From assembly GCF_020745735.1 (NCBI RefSeq), contig NC_083444.1:4898001-4962000 (forward strand): DNA of 64,000 nucleotides, given 5' to 3'. This stretch comes from Hemiscyllium ocellatum (lineage: Eukaryota). The notes beneath the pieces are model-generated. The model was not told the DNA's origin, ran no database searches, and was given only the letters and a program-made list of their open reading frames with translations. Positions 53,701 to 64,000 of the stretch are shown here, in pieces (the stretch's first letter is position 1; each line of letters starts with the position of its first letter). The position numbers were made by a program, and so were the translations under genes.

Positions 53701-56700
53701 CCAAGGTCTCTGTGTTCCACTACACTCCTTATAAGGCTCTACCATTCATCATGAAACTCCTACTTTGATTTGATTTTCCAAAATGCAAGATCTCACACTT
53801 ATCTGTATTAAACTCTATTTGCTATTTCTCAGCCCACTTCCCCAGCTAATCAAAGTCCTTCTGCAATTTCTGATAACCTTTCTCAAGGTTCACGAGATCT
53901 CCTATTTTAGGGTCACCTGCAAACTTACTAATCATGCCTTGTATATTCTCATCCAAATCATTGCTATAAATAATAAACAGCGATGGGCCCATCACCAACC
54001 CCTGAGGCACTCCACCACTCGCAGGCCTCCAGTCTGACTAGCATCCTTCTACTGTTGCCCTCTGATTTGTACCATCAAGCTATTTGTGAATCCAATTTGC
54101 CAGCTTCTCCTGGATTCCATGTGATCTAACCTTCCAGAGCAGCATACCATGTGAAACCTTATGAGAGGCCTTACTGAAATCCATATAGCCTGTCCTGCCC
54201 TTGTCAACCTTCCTGGTCACTTCATTAAAGAACTCTAACAAATTCTATGCTGCTTACTGTGATCTAATATAATCTTGTCGAGCATATGATATAGAAACCA
54301 GCAGTGCCTACAGGAACATTTCTACCTTTAATTTTAAGGAAAGTCAAATCTATCTTTCTTAGGTATGTCTCCCTTGACTACGATGTCTGAGCTGAAGCAG
54401 TGTATGAATCAGCTGGAGTACCGAGAGTATAGGCAGGTCACCATCCAGGGACGAATCAAATCTGTAAAATACCAGATACTGGGCAAAATGGATGAGGAGG
54501 TAACAGAGATGTCTAAACAGTTGTTTTACATTGGGATTGGGGGCAAAGGGAATAGGCTAAGAATGGAACATTGTACGAACACATTGACTCAAGTAGTGTT
54601 GGGAAAGGAAAAAGTTGTATTTGTTTGTGTACGTCCAGACATGCTGGGTGGAATCACCAGGGCAGCATTACCTTACTCAGAGACACCTTGTGTCATCTGT
54701 GCTCAGAGATTGCACTTTAACGTCTGTGGGTTCAGATCCCACTGCAGAGAATTGTGCATTATATCCAAACAGATTCTCAAAAAGTGGATTACGGATGAAG
54801 GTAACAGATGAAACATCAAATGAAGGCCCTCTCTGAATTCTGGTTAACATAAAAGAACCTAAGGAATTCTTTGAAGAAGACTGGGAGGGGTGTTTGCCTA
54901 GTCTCGTGGCTGATGTGTATACGTGACATAACATTATGAGAAAACAAGTTTTCTGACCATTATCTGATGACAGCTTGCTGAACACAAATTGCTACTGTGC
55001 TTCCTACATCGTGACAAAGACATTACAGCCAAATGATTATTTTTAAAGTTGTTTTAAAATGTTTCAGTGTCATTTTGCACGGAAACATGTTTTGTTATTT
55101 TTTTCATGTCAGTGCACCGATATTACAAGATACCCTCCCTATCTTACAAGGCTTTAATATGATTCTCACCACCTTTCACCATATCAGTGGTTTGTGCTGG
55201 GTAAAGAAGACACTGACGTAGGCTTTTGTGACGTTACATCTTGGCGGTAAACAGGAAGTTTCTGTCATTATCAGATTTCCAGCCTATCAGGTAGCCAGTT
55301 GGTTTATCTGGCAAGTTCTTGTCTTACAGTTCACTGAAGTCTATAATGCTGTTGGAGGAACTGAGGAGTATGAAGAATTGCTTGACGCTGACCAGCCATT
55401 TCAGCGCACAAGAGGAAACAAAAGTCCTGTAATCCCTATCGTGAGGTGAGACTTATTTTCCATACATGGAATTATTTCCTGTTGTTGGAAATTCGTGTTT
55501 GTGAAGGCAAGATATATTTATTTCTAAGGTCTCCAGTTGGGGACTCGTTCAGGCAATTCTAAGTCAGTTATTTTCCTGGGTAGGAAAATCAGCTACTTTG
55601 TGCTGGAGATCTCCTGTCCCCTGGTGAAGGCAATGCCCAACATATGGGGTCTGAATTCGGATCTCGCTCTGCCTGTTTCACATTCATGAATTTGAATAGT
55701 GAGTGTCAATAAGTTAGTTGACTGCAAAGAGCTTTGTGATGTCACCTGGTGTTCAGCCAGTTACATTTCTAGGAGGGTGGGAGTCGGTCATTGGGAAGAT
55801 TATCAGAAGTAGGAATCTTGGGTGATGTTCTCCTCCATCTTCCAGAATCCTCATGTTTTGCTGCCAGGGCTAATGCCAGATAATTCACTGCAGACTAGAG
55901 AATGGATCAGAGGGTATTCCTCATCTTGTTGGGCAAGTTACTGTGTCAAACAACTGAAGCAACAATCAAAAGACATAATTAGCAGCAGTAATCCAGGAGA
56001 GTGAAACCAAGATTGGAAAGGTAGTCAAAAGGTTGTGATGAGGTGACGAACTTGGCTTTTAGTTCCTCTATGTTGAGATGTAACTGAAGGAGCTAACAAT
56101 TCACACAGTTTAGAGATATTGGTGGGGCAGAGGAGGGAGAATGAGGCATACAGTAGGAGGCACTGCAGTGAGACCTAACCTCAGCAGAAAGGAAGACGCC
56201 ACCTTCTCTGTGTTGGAAATGTGACTGAATTAATATGCTGGAACTTTGTTTCACCAGTGGACCTCCTCCGAAGAAACAAGCTGGCTTATCACAGAAAAGA
56301 AAAAGAAAAGGTGTATTCTGCGAGAAAAAATGTACACTAGTGAGGTAACTGAAGCATTCACTCGCTCTGAATGTCTTGCTGCTAGTGCTGCACATCTAAT
56401 GGCTGAACTCCAATTCTTTTCTCAGGTTGCTGACTAATTCTAAATAAGTGAAAGAGGGAATTTGTGACAAACCTTTTAGCCCAGCCAATAGTGAGAATGT
56501 GAACTTGCTACAATAGTGACTGAGGTGAATTGTATCGATATATTTAAGGAAAATCTGGATAAATACATGATGCAGAAAAGAATAGAAGACTGTGCTGGTG
56601 GGGTCTGGTTAAGAGGTAGCTTGTATAGAGCATAAAGTTTACCATGAGCCAAAAGGGGTGTTTCTGTGCTGTAAGCACTGTGTAATTCTTGTAGCTCTGC

Positions 56701-59700
56701 ATTTGAATTCTCCATGAGCTCATTTGTCTTCACAGCCCAGCAATGCCTCGCCTTTAGGCTGGAGATTTTCTCTATGTTCCCTTGCTTAGCTCCACTGTGC
56801 ACAATTTCCAAATTGTTCAGAACTCGAGAACAGTGTTGTAGCTTGTACAGCATACAGAAACATCATCCTTTTAAACATCACAAGCTGCATTTCTTTTAAT
56901 GCACTGACACCATGTTCCATTGTTTAGATCCTCTGCTCTCCAACTTCTGACAGCTCCATGTTTTTCTGCCTCTACTGCAAATGTGGTGATAATGCCCCTG
57001 GACACCTTTTTAAACCTCTTTACTGAATTAAAGCTCTCCACTTAAAAATAGATTGACACGGTTATTTAGCATAGAACGTAAAGAGTGGGAATAGACGTTA
57101 GCCTCTTGAACTGACTCTGCCATTAATTAAGATCACAGCTAATCTGATTATGGCCTTACCCACACTTCTGATTTCTGCCCACCATAACCTATGACTGTTT
57201 TGTCGATCAAAAGTATGTCTCAGCCTTGAACATTAGTCATGGCCAGGAGAAAGTGAGGACTACAGATACTGGAGATCAAAGTCGAGAGTGTGTTGCTGGA
57301 AAAGCACAACAGGTCAGACAGCATCCAAGGAGCAGGAGAATCCACGTTTCGGGCATAAGCCCTTCATCAGGAATGAGGTTTCTGGGCCAGGGATGAAAGA
57401 TAAATGGGAGGGGGTAGAGCTTGGGGAAGGATTGTCCCAGCCCCAAGTCTCCATCTCGGCACCACCCTCCTGACCTGTCCATCACCTTTTCCAATCTATC
57501 TGCTCCAACCCCCTGACCTCTCCCTCACCTTCATCTACCTATCGCTTTCTCAGCTACCTTCCCCTAACCCACCCCCATCCCCCATCTTTCAGCCCCCGTC
57601 CACAAGCCTCATTCCTGATGAAGGGCTTATGCCCGAAATGTCAATTCTCCTGCACCTCGGATGCTGCCTGACCTGCTGTGCCTTTCCACTGACACACTCT
57701 TACCCCATATTCAGTGGCCGGCTTTCACTGCTGTCTGTTGGAGAAAATTTCAGAGATTGACAATCCTATGAGAGAAGGAATTTCTCTTTTGCTTCTGTCT
57801 TAATGGGAGCTCCTTTATTATTTAACTCTGTTGCATAGTTTCAGATTCTTCCATGAAAGGAACCTCCTTTCAGAATTTTGTAATTCAACAAGATCACCTC
57901 TTCTATTTGCTGTTTAGCCCCAGTTTGATTAATGTTTCTTCATAAGGTAGCTGCTTCGTCTTAGGTATCAACCTGGTGAACTTTCTGTGAACTGCCTCCT
58001 TAAATAAGGAAACCAAAAGTGCACACAGTACTCTGAGTGGCATCTCGCCAATTCCCTTTTTACTTGTAGCAAGACTTCCTACATTTATGTTTTTAAAAAA
58101 AGTACCCTGGACTTGAGGTACAGAGTACAAATTCAAAGCATCTGTGTGAAAGTTTGGTAAACTACTGGTTGGGCCTCAGCTGGAGTGTTGCTTCAAATAT
58201 TACGTTTCACATTTTCAAAAGATACTGAGGCTTGGAGAGAGTGGAGAAGAAATTTACGAGGATGGGGGACTTCAGTTCTCAGACAAAATTGAGCATCTGA
58301 GATTGTTCTCCCCAAGGTTTAAAGGGAGATTGGCAGAACGAGAGGGGAAATGAGGGCAGTTGCTTTCTATGGGTTGAATTGGAGAGATCTGAAACACGCT
58401 GTCTAAAAGGATGGTAGAAATCAATTTAAAAATGGCTTTCAAAAGGGGGTTATTTGCAGGGCTATACGGAAAAAGCAAAGAAATTGGGCTAATGGGAAGA
58501 CTGTGTTTTAAAGAGGCACAATGGGCTGAACGGCTTCCTCGGCCATATCATTTTGTAAAACTGTATCTCCTCAACTCTGATTTCTGCCACCTTTAGTACT
58601 TGTAACAATAAATTCTGATTCTCACTTAACCTCTCTCCAGTTTAGAACATTGGCATGTGAAAGCACCACATAATATAATTGGTTCCTTTTTAACCTAGAC
58701 TCTGTAGGGATACAGGATCAGCTCGGGTGGAAGAGAACGCAGCTCACCATCCACGAAAGCACGAGAAGGACGTGAACCGTGATGCAAGTCCTGGGAAAGG
58801 TTCGAACAAACTGAGCTTCCTTGCAGCGTTCTGTGCTTTGTTCTGTTGTTAGGATGTGGCATGGGGTTATCATCCCAAAAGTGATAACTCCTGAAGTCAG
58901 AAAATGACCGAGCTGTGACCCTACTTTCCACCATTATCCTTAGCATCTAAAGATCTGGATGTACTCTGTGACTAGGTTCTCAAGTGCAGCCTGCCAGTGT
59001 TGGTGAGAGACCAGAAGCCAGCCAGTCGCTGACAAGCTCAGAAGCCCTCACTTTTAAGAGCAAGTCAGAGGGCTGACATCTTGTGGCTGTAGAGATTACT
59101 TACGTGTGGAACCACGTCTGCTGTGTTCGAATTGGGTTTGGGAAGGAGTTAATTGACCCGTTGCTATCTCTAAAAGGGATTACACACGTTATTGAGAGGC
59201 TCATGTGATATTATCTGTTGGCACCAATTCATGTTCCAGCTTATTTTCATTCAGATAGTTTATCAGTGTGCAAGCAGTCTTATGTAATGGAGAAAACCAG
59301 GATTAGTTTGAGATTGTTGTAATTAGAATCATGGCTCTTATGGAGGCAATCTTGCCTATGCTAGCTTTTTAGTATCAAGCTAGATTCTGCACACTGCAGT
59401 TAAATATCTTTTAAATTGTTATTGAATCTGTGTCCACTCATTAATTTCAAGTAGCGTATTACAGATCATCACAACAACAAAATTGAAAAGTCTCTGTTCC
59501 TGCACCTTCCTACCAAATTGTTTCAGATTAGCTTCTATTGCTGACCTTATTCTTAAGTGAATCCCTTAACATTTCTTTGCCTTAAATTTCATCTGCCAGG
59601 CGTCTGAAAGACAGCATAGATAAAGGCACTTTGGCCCATTGGGTCTGTGCAAGTCAAAAATAACCACCTAACTATTCTAATCTCATTTTCCAGCAATTAG

Positions 59701-62700
59701 TCCATAGCCTTCTGTGCCTTGGCATCACAAATGCACAGCTATTTCTTCTGTGTCCTCCTGAATGAAGTCTGTTATTTTGTTCAATTTACTCACCTTTGAT
59801 TTTTGTGTTATCTTAAGTTATGTCCGAGGTCATCAATATATTTCAGTAATAACTTTTCATCTTTATAGATAAAGATGTATATGCATTTCCGGATAGTAGA
59901 TTAATCTGAGCTTGATACAGGTCGAGAAGGGGAGAGTGGAGTAATGAGGTTAGTCAGGGATTGAATCAGGTTATGAAGAGAAAATGAGGCAGTGGGATTA
60001 GTGTGGGAATGATGATAAAGAACAATGGGGAGGGAGGAGAGCAGTATGATTAGTTTGGGATACATACATGGCTATATGGAGACAGTATGTCAATGGAATT
60101 AGTTTGGGGATTGATATAGGGTGTAGGAAAGGCAAGAGTCAACAGAATTAATTTGGGTATTGCTACAAAGTTGTAAGGAGAGCAAGTTGGATTATTTTTG
60201 CATTGGTATAAGGATTTGGGGAAATAAGGCAATGGGAATATTCAGGATTGATCTGCAAAGCAAAAAAGGATGGGCTGAATGGCCATCTCTTGAGCTCTAA
60301 ATTTCTGTGACTCTCTCTTGTGGATTCACACTGTATCTAATGTTTAAGATAGGGTTTCCTCCCACAATCCAAAGGTCAGGTGAATTGGCCATGTTAAATT
60401 GCCCATAGTGTTAGGTGCATTAGTCAGGGGATTGGGTCTGGGTGGGTTACTCTTCGGAGGGTCGGTGTGGACTTGCTGGGCCAAAGGGCCTGTTTCCATA
60501 CTGTAAGAAATCTAATCTAATCTAAAAAAAATCAATATAGCGTGGCTGGTTGAAATGTTAAATATCATTGCTGTCCACCTGTTCAAATGAAGGTATTTTA
60601 CAAGTGAGTTGAAGAGCAGAGATTTTTCTTAGTCTCATTCCTAAAGCAATACCATTTAAAAGTAAATTCATAACCATCAGTCTAATCAGTGCATGTGAAT
60701 TGTACTCTGCACAAAATGGCTGCTGCATTCACTTACATAATAGTGGCTGTACTGTAAAAATAAACTCTTTTGTATGAAGTAGATTTGGATGTGAAGTTTG
60801 GAATGGTATGAATGCAGTATAGCATTTCTTTCTTTTTGAAGCCCTCAACTTCATAAAAGCATGTGAGGAGTTCTACACAGACTCTGATGATGTGGAGGAG
60901 ACTCCAAGTGCAATGAGCTTAGCCCAGCCCATCTTCTCTCGGATTGATTGCTCATCACAGCGAGAGCATATTGCCCATCGGGGAGACGTTTCCCAAATGG
61001 TAGCTCGTTGCTTCCACTTCAGAGACAAGTCCTTCCTCCTCAAAACCTTTGGTCTCCAGCCGTCCAATTTTTCTGGAATCCCAGCAGGTCAGACTGAGGA
61101 TCTGGAACAATGTGAACCAGCATGTTGCTATGGATACTACACTGTGACCATTTTAGGTAAAGTGAGTTTGGTTAACAAGATCTGGAAGTTTTAACATTTT
61201 GCTATTATCAGCATGTATTGGCAATTTGTGCAGGAGCTTCTGTATCTTAGGACTAGCCTGTACATAACAGTTTTTAATTGTCATGAGGCTTTTGGGAAAG
61301 TGTGGACAGAGGTTAGTTTGACATACAAATCTCTAAGGGGAGTGTAACTGCTTTGAAATTGATACAGGGAGAATGTGAGGACTGCAAGTGCTAGAGATCA
61401 GAGTTGAAAAGTGTGGCACTGGAAAAGCAGAGCAGGGCAGGCAGGTCTGATAGGAAAGTCTTATTTTGTTCAGTTTACTACCTTTGAATTTTGTGTTATC
61501 TGAAGTTATACCCGAGGTCATCAAAATATTTCAGTAATAACTTTTCATGTTTATAGATAAAGATCTGTAAGCATTTCAGGATAGTCGATTAGTCTGGGCT
61601 TGATACAGGGCTAGAAGGGGAGAGCAATTCCACTCCAGGACATGCTGGATGGCCTCCTAATCAAGGACCGCAATTTCCCCTCCCAGTTGATCAACCATGC
61701 CCTCCAGAGCATCTCCTCCACTTCCTTCCCCTCTGCCCTTTAACCTCATCCTTCCAACCACAAGAAGGATAGAACTGCGCCCCCCCCCCCCCCACGTCCT
61801 CACCTTCCACCACATTAATCTCCAGATACAGTGCATCATCTTCTGCCATTTCTGTCACCTACAGTCAGACCCCAGCACCAGGGATATATTTCCCTTAACC
61901 CTCATCTGTGTTCCATTCGTGGCTCCCTCGTTAGGTCCACACCCCCCACCAACCCACCCTCCACTCCCTGCACCTTCCCTTGCTACCGCAAGAGATATAA
62001 AACCTGCACACACACCACCCACCCTTTCCCTGTATCCAAGATCCCAAAGGATCCTTCCGTATCTGGGAGAGATTTTCCTGCACATCCACCCACTTCACCT
62101 ACTGTGTCCATTGCTCTCGATGTGGTCTCCTCTACATTGGGGATACAGGATGCCAATTTAGGGAACATCTCTGTGACACACACATCAAACAACCGCACTG
62201 CCCTGTGGCTGACCATTTCAACTCCCCCTCCCACTCTGCCAAGGACATGCAAGTCCTGGCCCCCTCCCCTGCCAAATCCTAGCCACCTTACGCCTGGAGG
62301 AAGAATGCCTCATCTTCCGCCTTGGGCCCACCAACCAGATGGCATCAACGCCTATTTCACCATTTTCCTCTTCTCCCCTCCCCCACCTCTTTATCAGATC
62401 CAACTCTCCAACTCGGCACCACCCTCTGTCCTACCTGTCCATCTTCCTTCCCACCTATCTACTCCATCCTCTCCATTGACCTATCCCTATCACTATCACC
62501 CCCCACCACCCTCGACCTATTGCCTTCCTAGCCGCTTCACCCCCACCTGCATTCTCTGATTGATCTCAGTCCTCTTCCCACCCCCCCTCCCCGGCCAACC
62601 CACCACCACATTCCTGATGAAGAGCTTAAGCCCAAAACATTAGTTCTCCTGCTTCTTGGAAGCTGCCTGACTCGCTGTGATACAGCTGTGGTGAGAGAAT

Positions 62701-63523
62701 AGAGCAGTGGGATTGATTTGGGATAGTATTCTACAGGGAGATATTGGGACAAAGAGAATTAGTATTGGATCCCTCTTACAAGGAGTTTATAAACACCGGG
62801 CCAAATGGCCTTCGGTGGACTCTAGACCTGCTTGGTTCTAGTGCTGTAGATTGCAATTTTTGTTCCTTTTCTTTGTAAGGTGTTCTGTGTTAACTGGTAT
62901 ATAATGTCTCTGATACTAATGCCCTTCTGAAGGCTTCTCCAAGAGTTCATATGTGACCTATGCGTCAGTCCTTTTAAGATCTCCCAGGGATATGGACAGT
63001 AATCAGGTAAAAGTTACTTGTTTTCAAATCATTCCCATGAATGGAGGCTTTACATTTATTTGTCTATCCCCAGTTGCCTTAAGGTTGTTGTGTAGACCTA
63101 TTTGTCTGATCACATCTTTTTTGCCTTATTTGAAATTTGCACCCCTAATGTTTGGTGGGAGGGATGGTTTTGATGGTGATCTCAAGCAGGAATCCTGTGT
63201 TCCTTAATCTAAGGGTGTAACCAATCAGCAGATGAGATTATTACAGCAAAGACTAGAAACACCCTCAACAACTTGATCTTGAGATAGGACAAAAGGGGAA
63301 ATATGAAACAGGAATCTTACTTGTTTTGTCCTCTCTCCCGTTCCAGGACTGAATGAAGAACTGTCTTTAGATGCCATCTTTCTCCCTATCGTTTCCAGGT
63401 TGGATCACCGAGCTATGCATCCTGCCAAGCACAGCAACACTCTGATCTCCATTTTGGCTCATGGAGGGCTAGCATTTAGCCAGACCTGCCACACTGGCAC
63501 AGATTGCTCAACACCTTCCCCTG
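32130..63523 (+). CDS. RADX: RPA-related ssDNA-binding protein RADX-like (CXorf57 family), exons 1-14; final exon lies beyond the window
   Basis: join: 32130-32718, 36055-36200, 37279-37462, 41891-41999, 49549-49640, 50037-50180, 51100-51216, 52880-53053, 54363-54499, 55330-55445, 56258-56344, 58699-58799, 60842-61156, 63347-63523. All GT-AG, phases consistent, no internal stop. Motifs match recalled human RADX (YLSLW..[71 protein letters not shown]). May be a paralog. Confidence 0.85.
33050..33405 (+). mobile_element. HE1-type SINE split by a PLE-derived insert (about 33186-33293)
   Basis: SINE head at 33050 and tail to 33405; insert flanked by CACAAATG. Confidence 0.75.
33637..33920 (+). 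mobile_element. HE1-type SINE
   Basis: A/B boxes and V-domain. Confidence 0.85.
36055..36200 (+). CDS. RADX: RADX-like exon 2
   Basis: GSYSIDVRQLEGYIQKKKKDLPPVIVRVLRKFRLCHFGRPDRYSECPFQ|gtaaac. Confidence 0.9.
37279..37462 (+). CDS. RADX: RADX-like exon 3 (OB2)
   Basis: AKFLVADKSGSATVVLWNSLCMDWYRHLEPGMVVHLRNYVVKKSY.. Confidence 0.93.
37960..40960 (+). mobile_element. RTE-clade LINE, near full length, decayed
   Basis: APE fragments (GIGFTIKNKL, SAPTL..EGFYSILD), RT fragments (KNGKAVGVDGIP, AFIDLTK, GVKQGC, QYADD), C-terminal GLISH.R; many frameshifts. Confidence 0.85.
39355..39457 (-). mobile_element. Short PLE-derived insertion with intact hammerhead (39411-39444) inside the RTE
   Basis: Perfect 14-bp TSD GACAAAGAAGAAAT at 39341-39354 and 39458-39471; UUC-CUGAAGA-A-GGGC(UUAU)GCCC-GAAA-CGUC-GAA. 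Confidence 0.88.
41891..41999 (+). CDS. RADX: RADX-like exon 4
   Basis: ELNLNPRNPAAEITVINDEDVREEWHLPALQYCFVTR. Confidence 0.9.
42100..43230 (+). mobile_element. CR1 LINE fragments (old RT part plus a younger 3' end)
   Basis: YRPVS..IS, KFA and ORF2 C-terminal sequence with tail GTGACTCTAT. Confidence 0.7.
45094..45312. mobile_element. Near-perfect palindromic PLE-derived element with two back-to-back hammerhead cores, nested in an older PLE
   Basis: About 90-bp arms around 45185-45186; TSD ACTGGAAAAG(C/T)ACAGC at 45078-45093 and 45313-45328. Confidence 0.9.
45329..45795 (-). mobile_element. Penelope-like element 3' end (GIY-YIG C-terminus plus pseudo-LTR)
   Basis: ASYFNSTSHS..LEEGRLIVCLGTLQPHGINADF. 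Confidence 0.82.
46780..47390 (-). mobile_element. Rex1/Babar-like LINE 3' fragment
   Basis: VKKAHQWLYFLRGLKKFG and RFRNSFFPAVIRLMN motifs; a related tail lies at about 31390-31688 (+). Confidence 0.7.
47603..48083 (+). mobile_element. Penelope-like element, second family: inverted 5' pseudo-LTR piece plus GIY-YIG 3' end
   Basis: IGQAKQRTAREFLEAWHSSTDSINKHIDLDLIYRPL; 47644-47705 is inverted relative to 48020-48078; 14-bp TSD TCTAGTGACCCTTC. Confidence 0.9.
48007..48046 (+). ncRNA. Minimal type I hammerhead ribozyme of the second PLE family
   Basis: GCA-CUGAGGA-U-GUC(ACCUAGAAAGGG)GAC-GAAA-CGUU-UGC. Confidence 0.72.
48110..49470 (+). mobile_element. CR1 LINE RT and 3' region, decayed
   Basis: GPLLFVIYIN..ISKFVDD, MEFNLDKCE motifs; the upstream part continues at about 47400-47510. 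Confidence 0.82.
49549..49640 (+). CDS. RADX: RADX-like exon 5
   Basis: KELSELASGNLCSIIGYVTFVGRQERIRIK|gtatgt. Confidence 0.92.
50037..50180 (+). CDS. RADX: RADX-like exon 6
   Basis: [48 protein letters not shown]|gtaaga. Confidence 0.88.
51100..51216 (+). CDS. RADX: RADX-like exon 7
   Basis: TLLVCTNVILECKTINPSGERKAFPYLQSTAYSQVYVN|gtatgt. Confidence 0.88.
52050..52667 (+). mobile_element. CR1/HER1 LINE 3' fragment
   Basis: RGDFFMQRVVFVWNELPEEVVEAGTIPTFKRHLDGYM. Confidence 0.9.
52880..53053 (+). CDS. RADX: RADX-like exon 8
   Basis: GHHHGKLYVKNPKVKEFINWIQS..QIGGCYTYPPLP..|gtgagg. Confidence 0.92.
53410..54240 (-). mobile_element. CR1 LINE fragment
   Basis: Reverse-strand GVPQG / KFAGD RT region and 3' tail. 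Confidence 0.75.
54363..54499 (+). CDS. RADX: RADX-like exon 9
   Basis: MSPLTTMSELKQCMNQLEYREYRQVTIQGRIKSVKYQILGKMDEE|gtaaca. Confidence 0.88.
55330..55445 (+). CDS. RADX: RADX-like exon 10 (poorly conserved linker)
   Basis: Good acceptor and donor, phase 0->2, FTEVYNAVGGTEEYEELLDADQPFQRTRGNKSPVIPIV; supported by phase fit only. Confidence 0.65.
56258..56344 (+). CDS. RADX: RADX-like exon 11 (basic, NLS-like)
   Basis: Phase 2->2, GPPPKKQAGLSQKRKRKGVFCEKKCTLV. Confidence 0.65.
57247..57700. mobile_element. Palindromic PLE-derived element with degenerate hammerheads
   Basis: Inverted family arms at 57290-57375 and 57610-57695. Confidence 0.78.
58699..58799 (+). CDS. RADX: RADX-like exon 12 (linker)
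   Basis: Phase 2->1, LCRDTGSARVEENAAHHPRKHEKDVNRDASPGK; an alternative in-frame acceptor lies 9 nt downstream. Confidence 0.55.
60842..61156 (+). CDS. RADX: RADX-like exon 13
   Basis: ..MVARCFHFRDKSFLLKTFGLQPSNF..CCYGYYTVTIL|gtaaag (cf. human IPRKFMFEHRKFL..SLGHFEVTIL); 5' boundary less certain. Confidence 0.82.
61367..62690 (+). mobile_element. Penelope-like element remnant (GIY-YIG region plus pseudo-LTR)
   Basis: C..C.LLYIGDT endonuclease motif at about 62100-62150, degenerate hammerhead at about 62613, inverted terminal piece at 61367-61450. Confidence 0.82.
63347..63523 (+). CDS. RADX: RADX-like exon 14
   Basis: GLNEELSLDAIFLPIVSRLDHRAMHPAKHSNTLISILAHGG.. (cf. human GLNHEIAIDVAFLP); donor G|gtaaat. 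Confidence 0.9.
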
Positions 63524-64000
63524 GTAAATGTCTTTACTATTACCTTCTTTCTATTTTCCTGAATGGACTGACTGACTGACTGAATTCCAACTGCCTATTG
63601 ATATCTCGACTCAGTCCCCACTCTTCATTTATAAACTGAAACAGCGTAGATTGTATAGCAGATAAACAGGCCATGCTAGCCATATAACCTTTGCTGATGG
63701 TTATGCTGCACTTATTTGTATCCCATTCTTCTTCTTCATCTCACCCTTCATTAGCACATCGTTCTGTTCCCTTATCCTTTAATGTTGAAGGCATGACAAT
63801 TTTTCCCAGCAGGCTGAATTCAAAGAGGTCCTATTTTGACTGTTACAAGAGCCTTCATTTTGCTGTGTTGGGAGTTTTGAATTAGACAACAAATAATAGG
63901 TGCAGGAGTAGGCCATTCGATCCAGCACCACCATTCATTATGGTCATGACTGATCATCCACAATCAGTATCCTGTTACTACCTTATCTCCATAACCCTTG

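Noticed and set aside
61831-62559. 242-aa proline-rich ORF
   Set aside because: Off-frame read-through of a decayed Penelope element

Overview
Eukaryotic, repeat-rich genomic DNA from a cartilaginous fish, most likely a shark. The call rests on HE1/V-SINEs, HER1/CR1 LINEs, Deu-domain SINEs and a nAChR subunit very close to the Torpedo 'gamma' subunit. Three intron-containing genes were rebuilt by hand with phase-consistent GT-AG exons. (1) Minus strand: exons 1-9 of a muscle-type nicotinic acetylcholine receptor gamma/epsilon subunit (18103->2011, 3' end outside the window); its neighbourhood favours CHRNE. (2) Minus strand: a complete 7-exon, 189-aa TMEM95 (IZUMO1/SPACA6-like sperm-egg fusion factor, 30380->22323), mostly invisible to the ORF track. 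(3) Plus strand, head-to-head with TMEM95 from a CpG island: a divergent RADX-like OB-fold ssDNA-binding gene (32130->63523, 14 exons, last exon outside). Introns are full of CR1, RTE, Rex/Babar and Penelope-like element (PLE) fragments. The most striking non-genic signal is a set of young, very short PLE-derived insertions with about 14-16-bp target-site duplications. They carry minimal type I hammerhead ribozyme cores (CUGANGA-stem II-GAAACGUH), often as back-to-back palindromes, and come from at least three PLE families. Homology calls come from recalled protein sequences; no database search was run.
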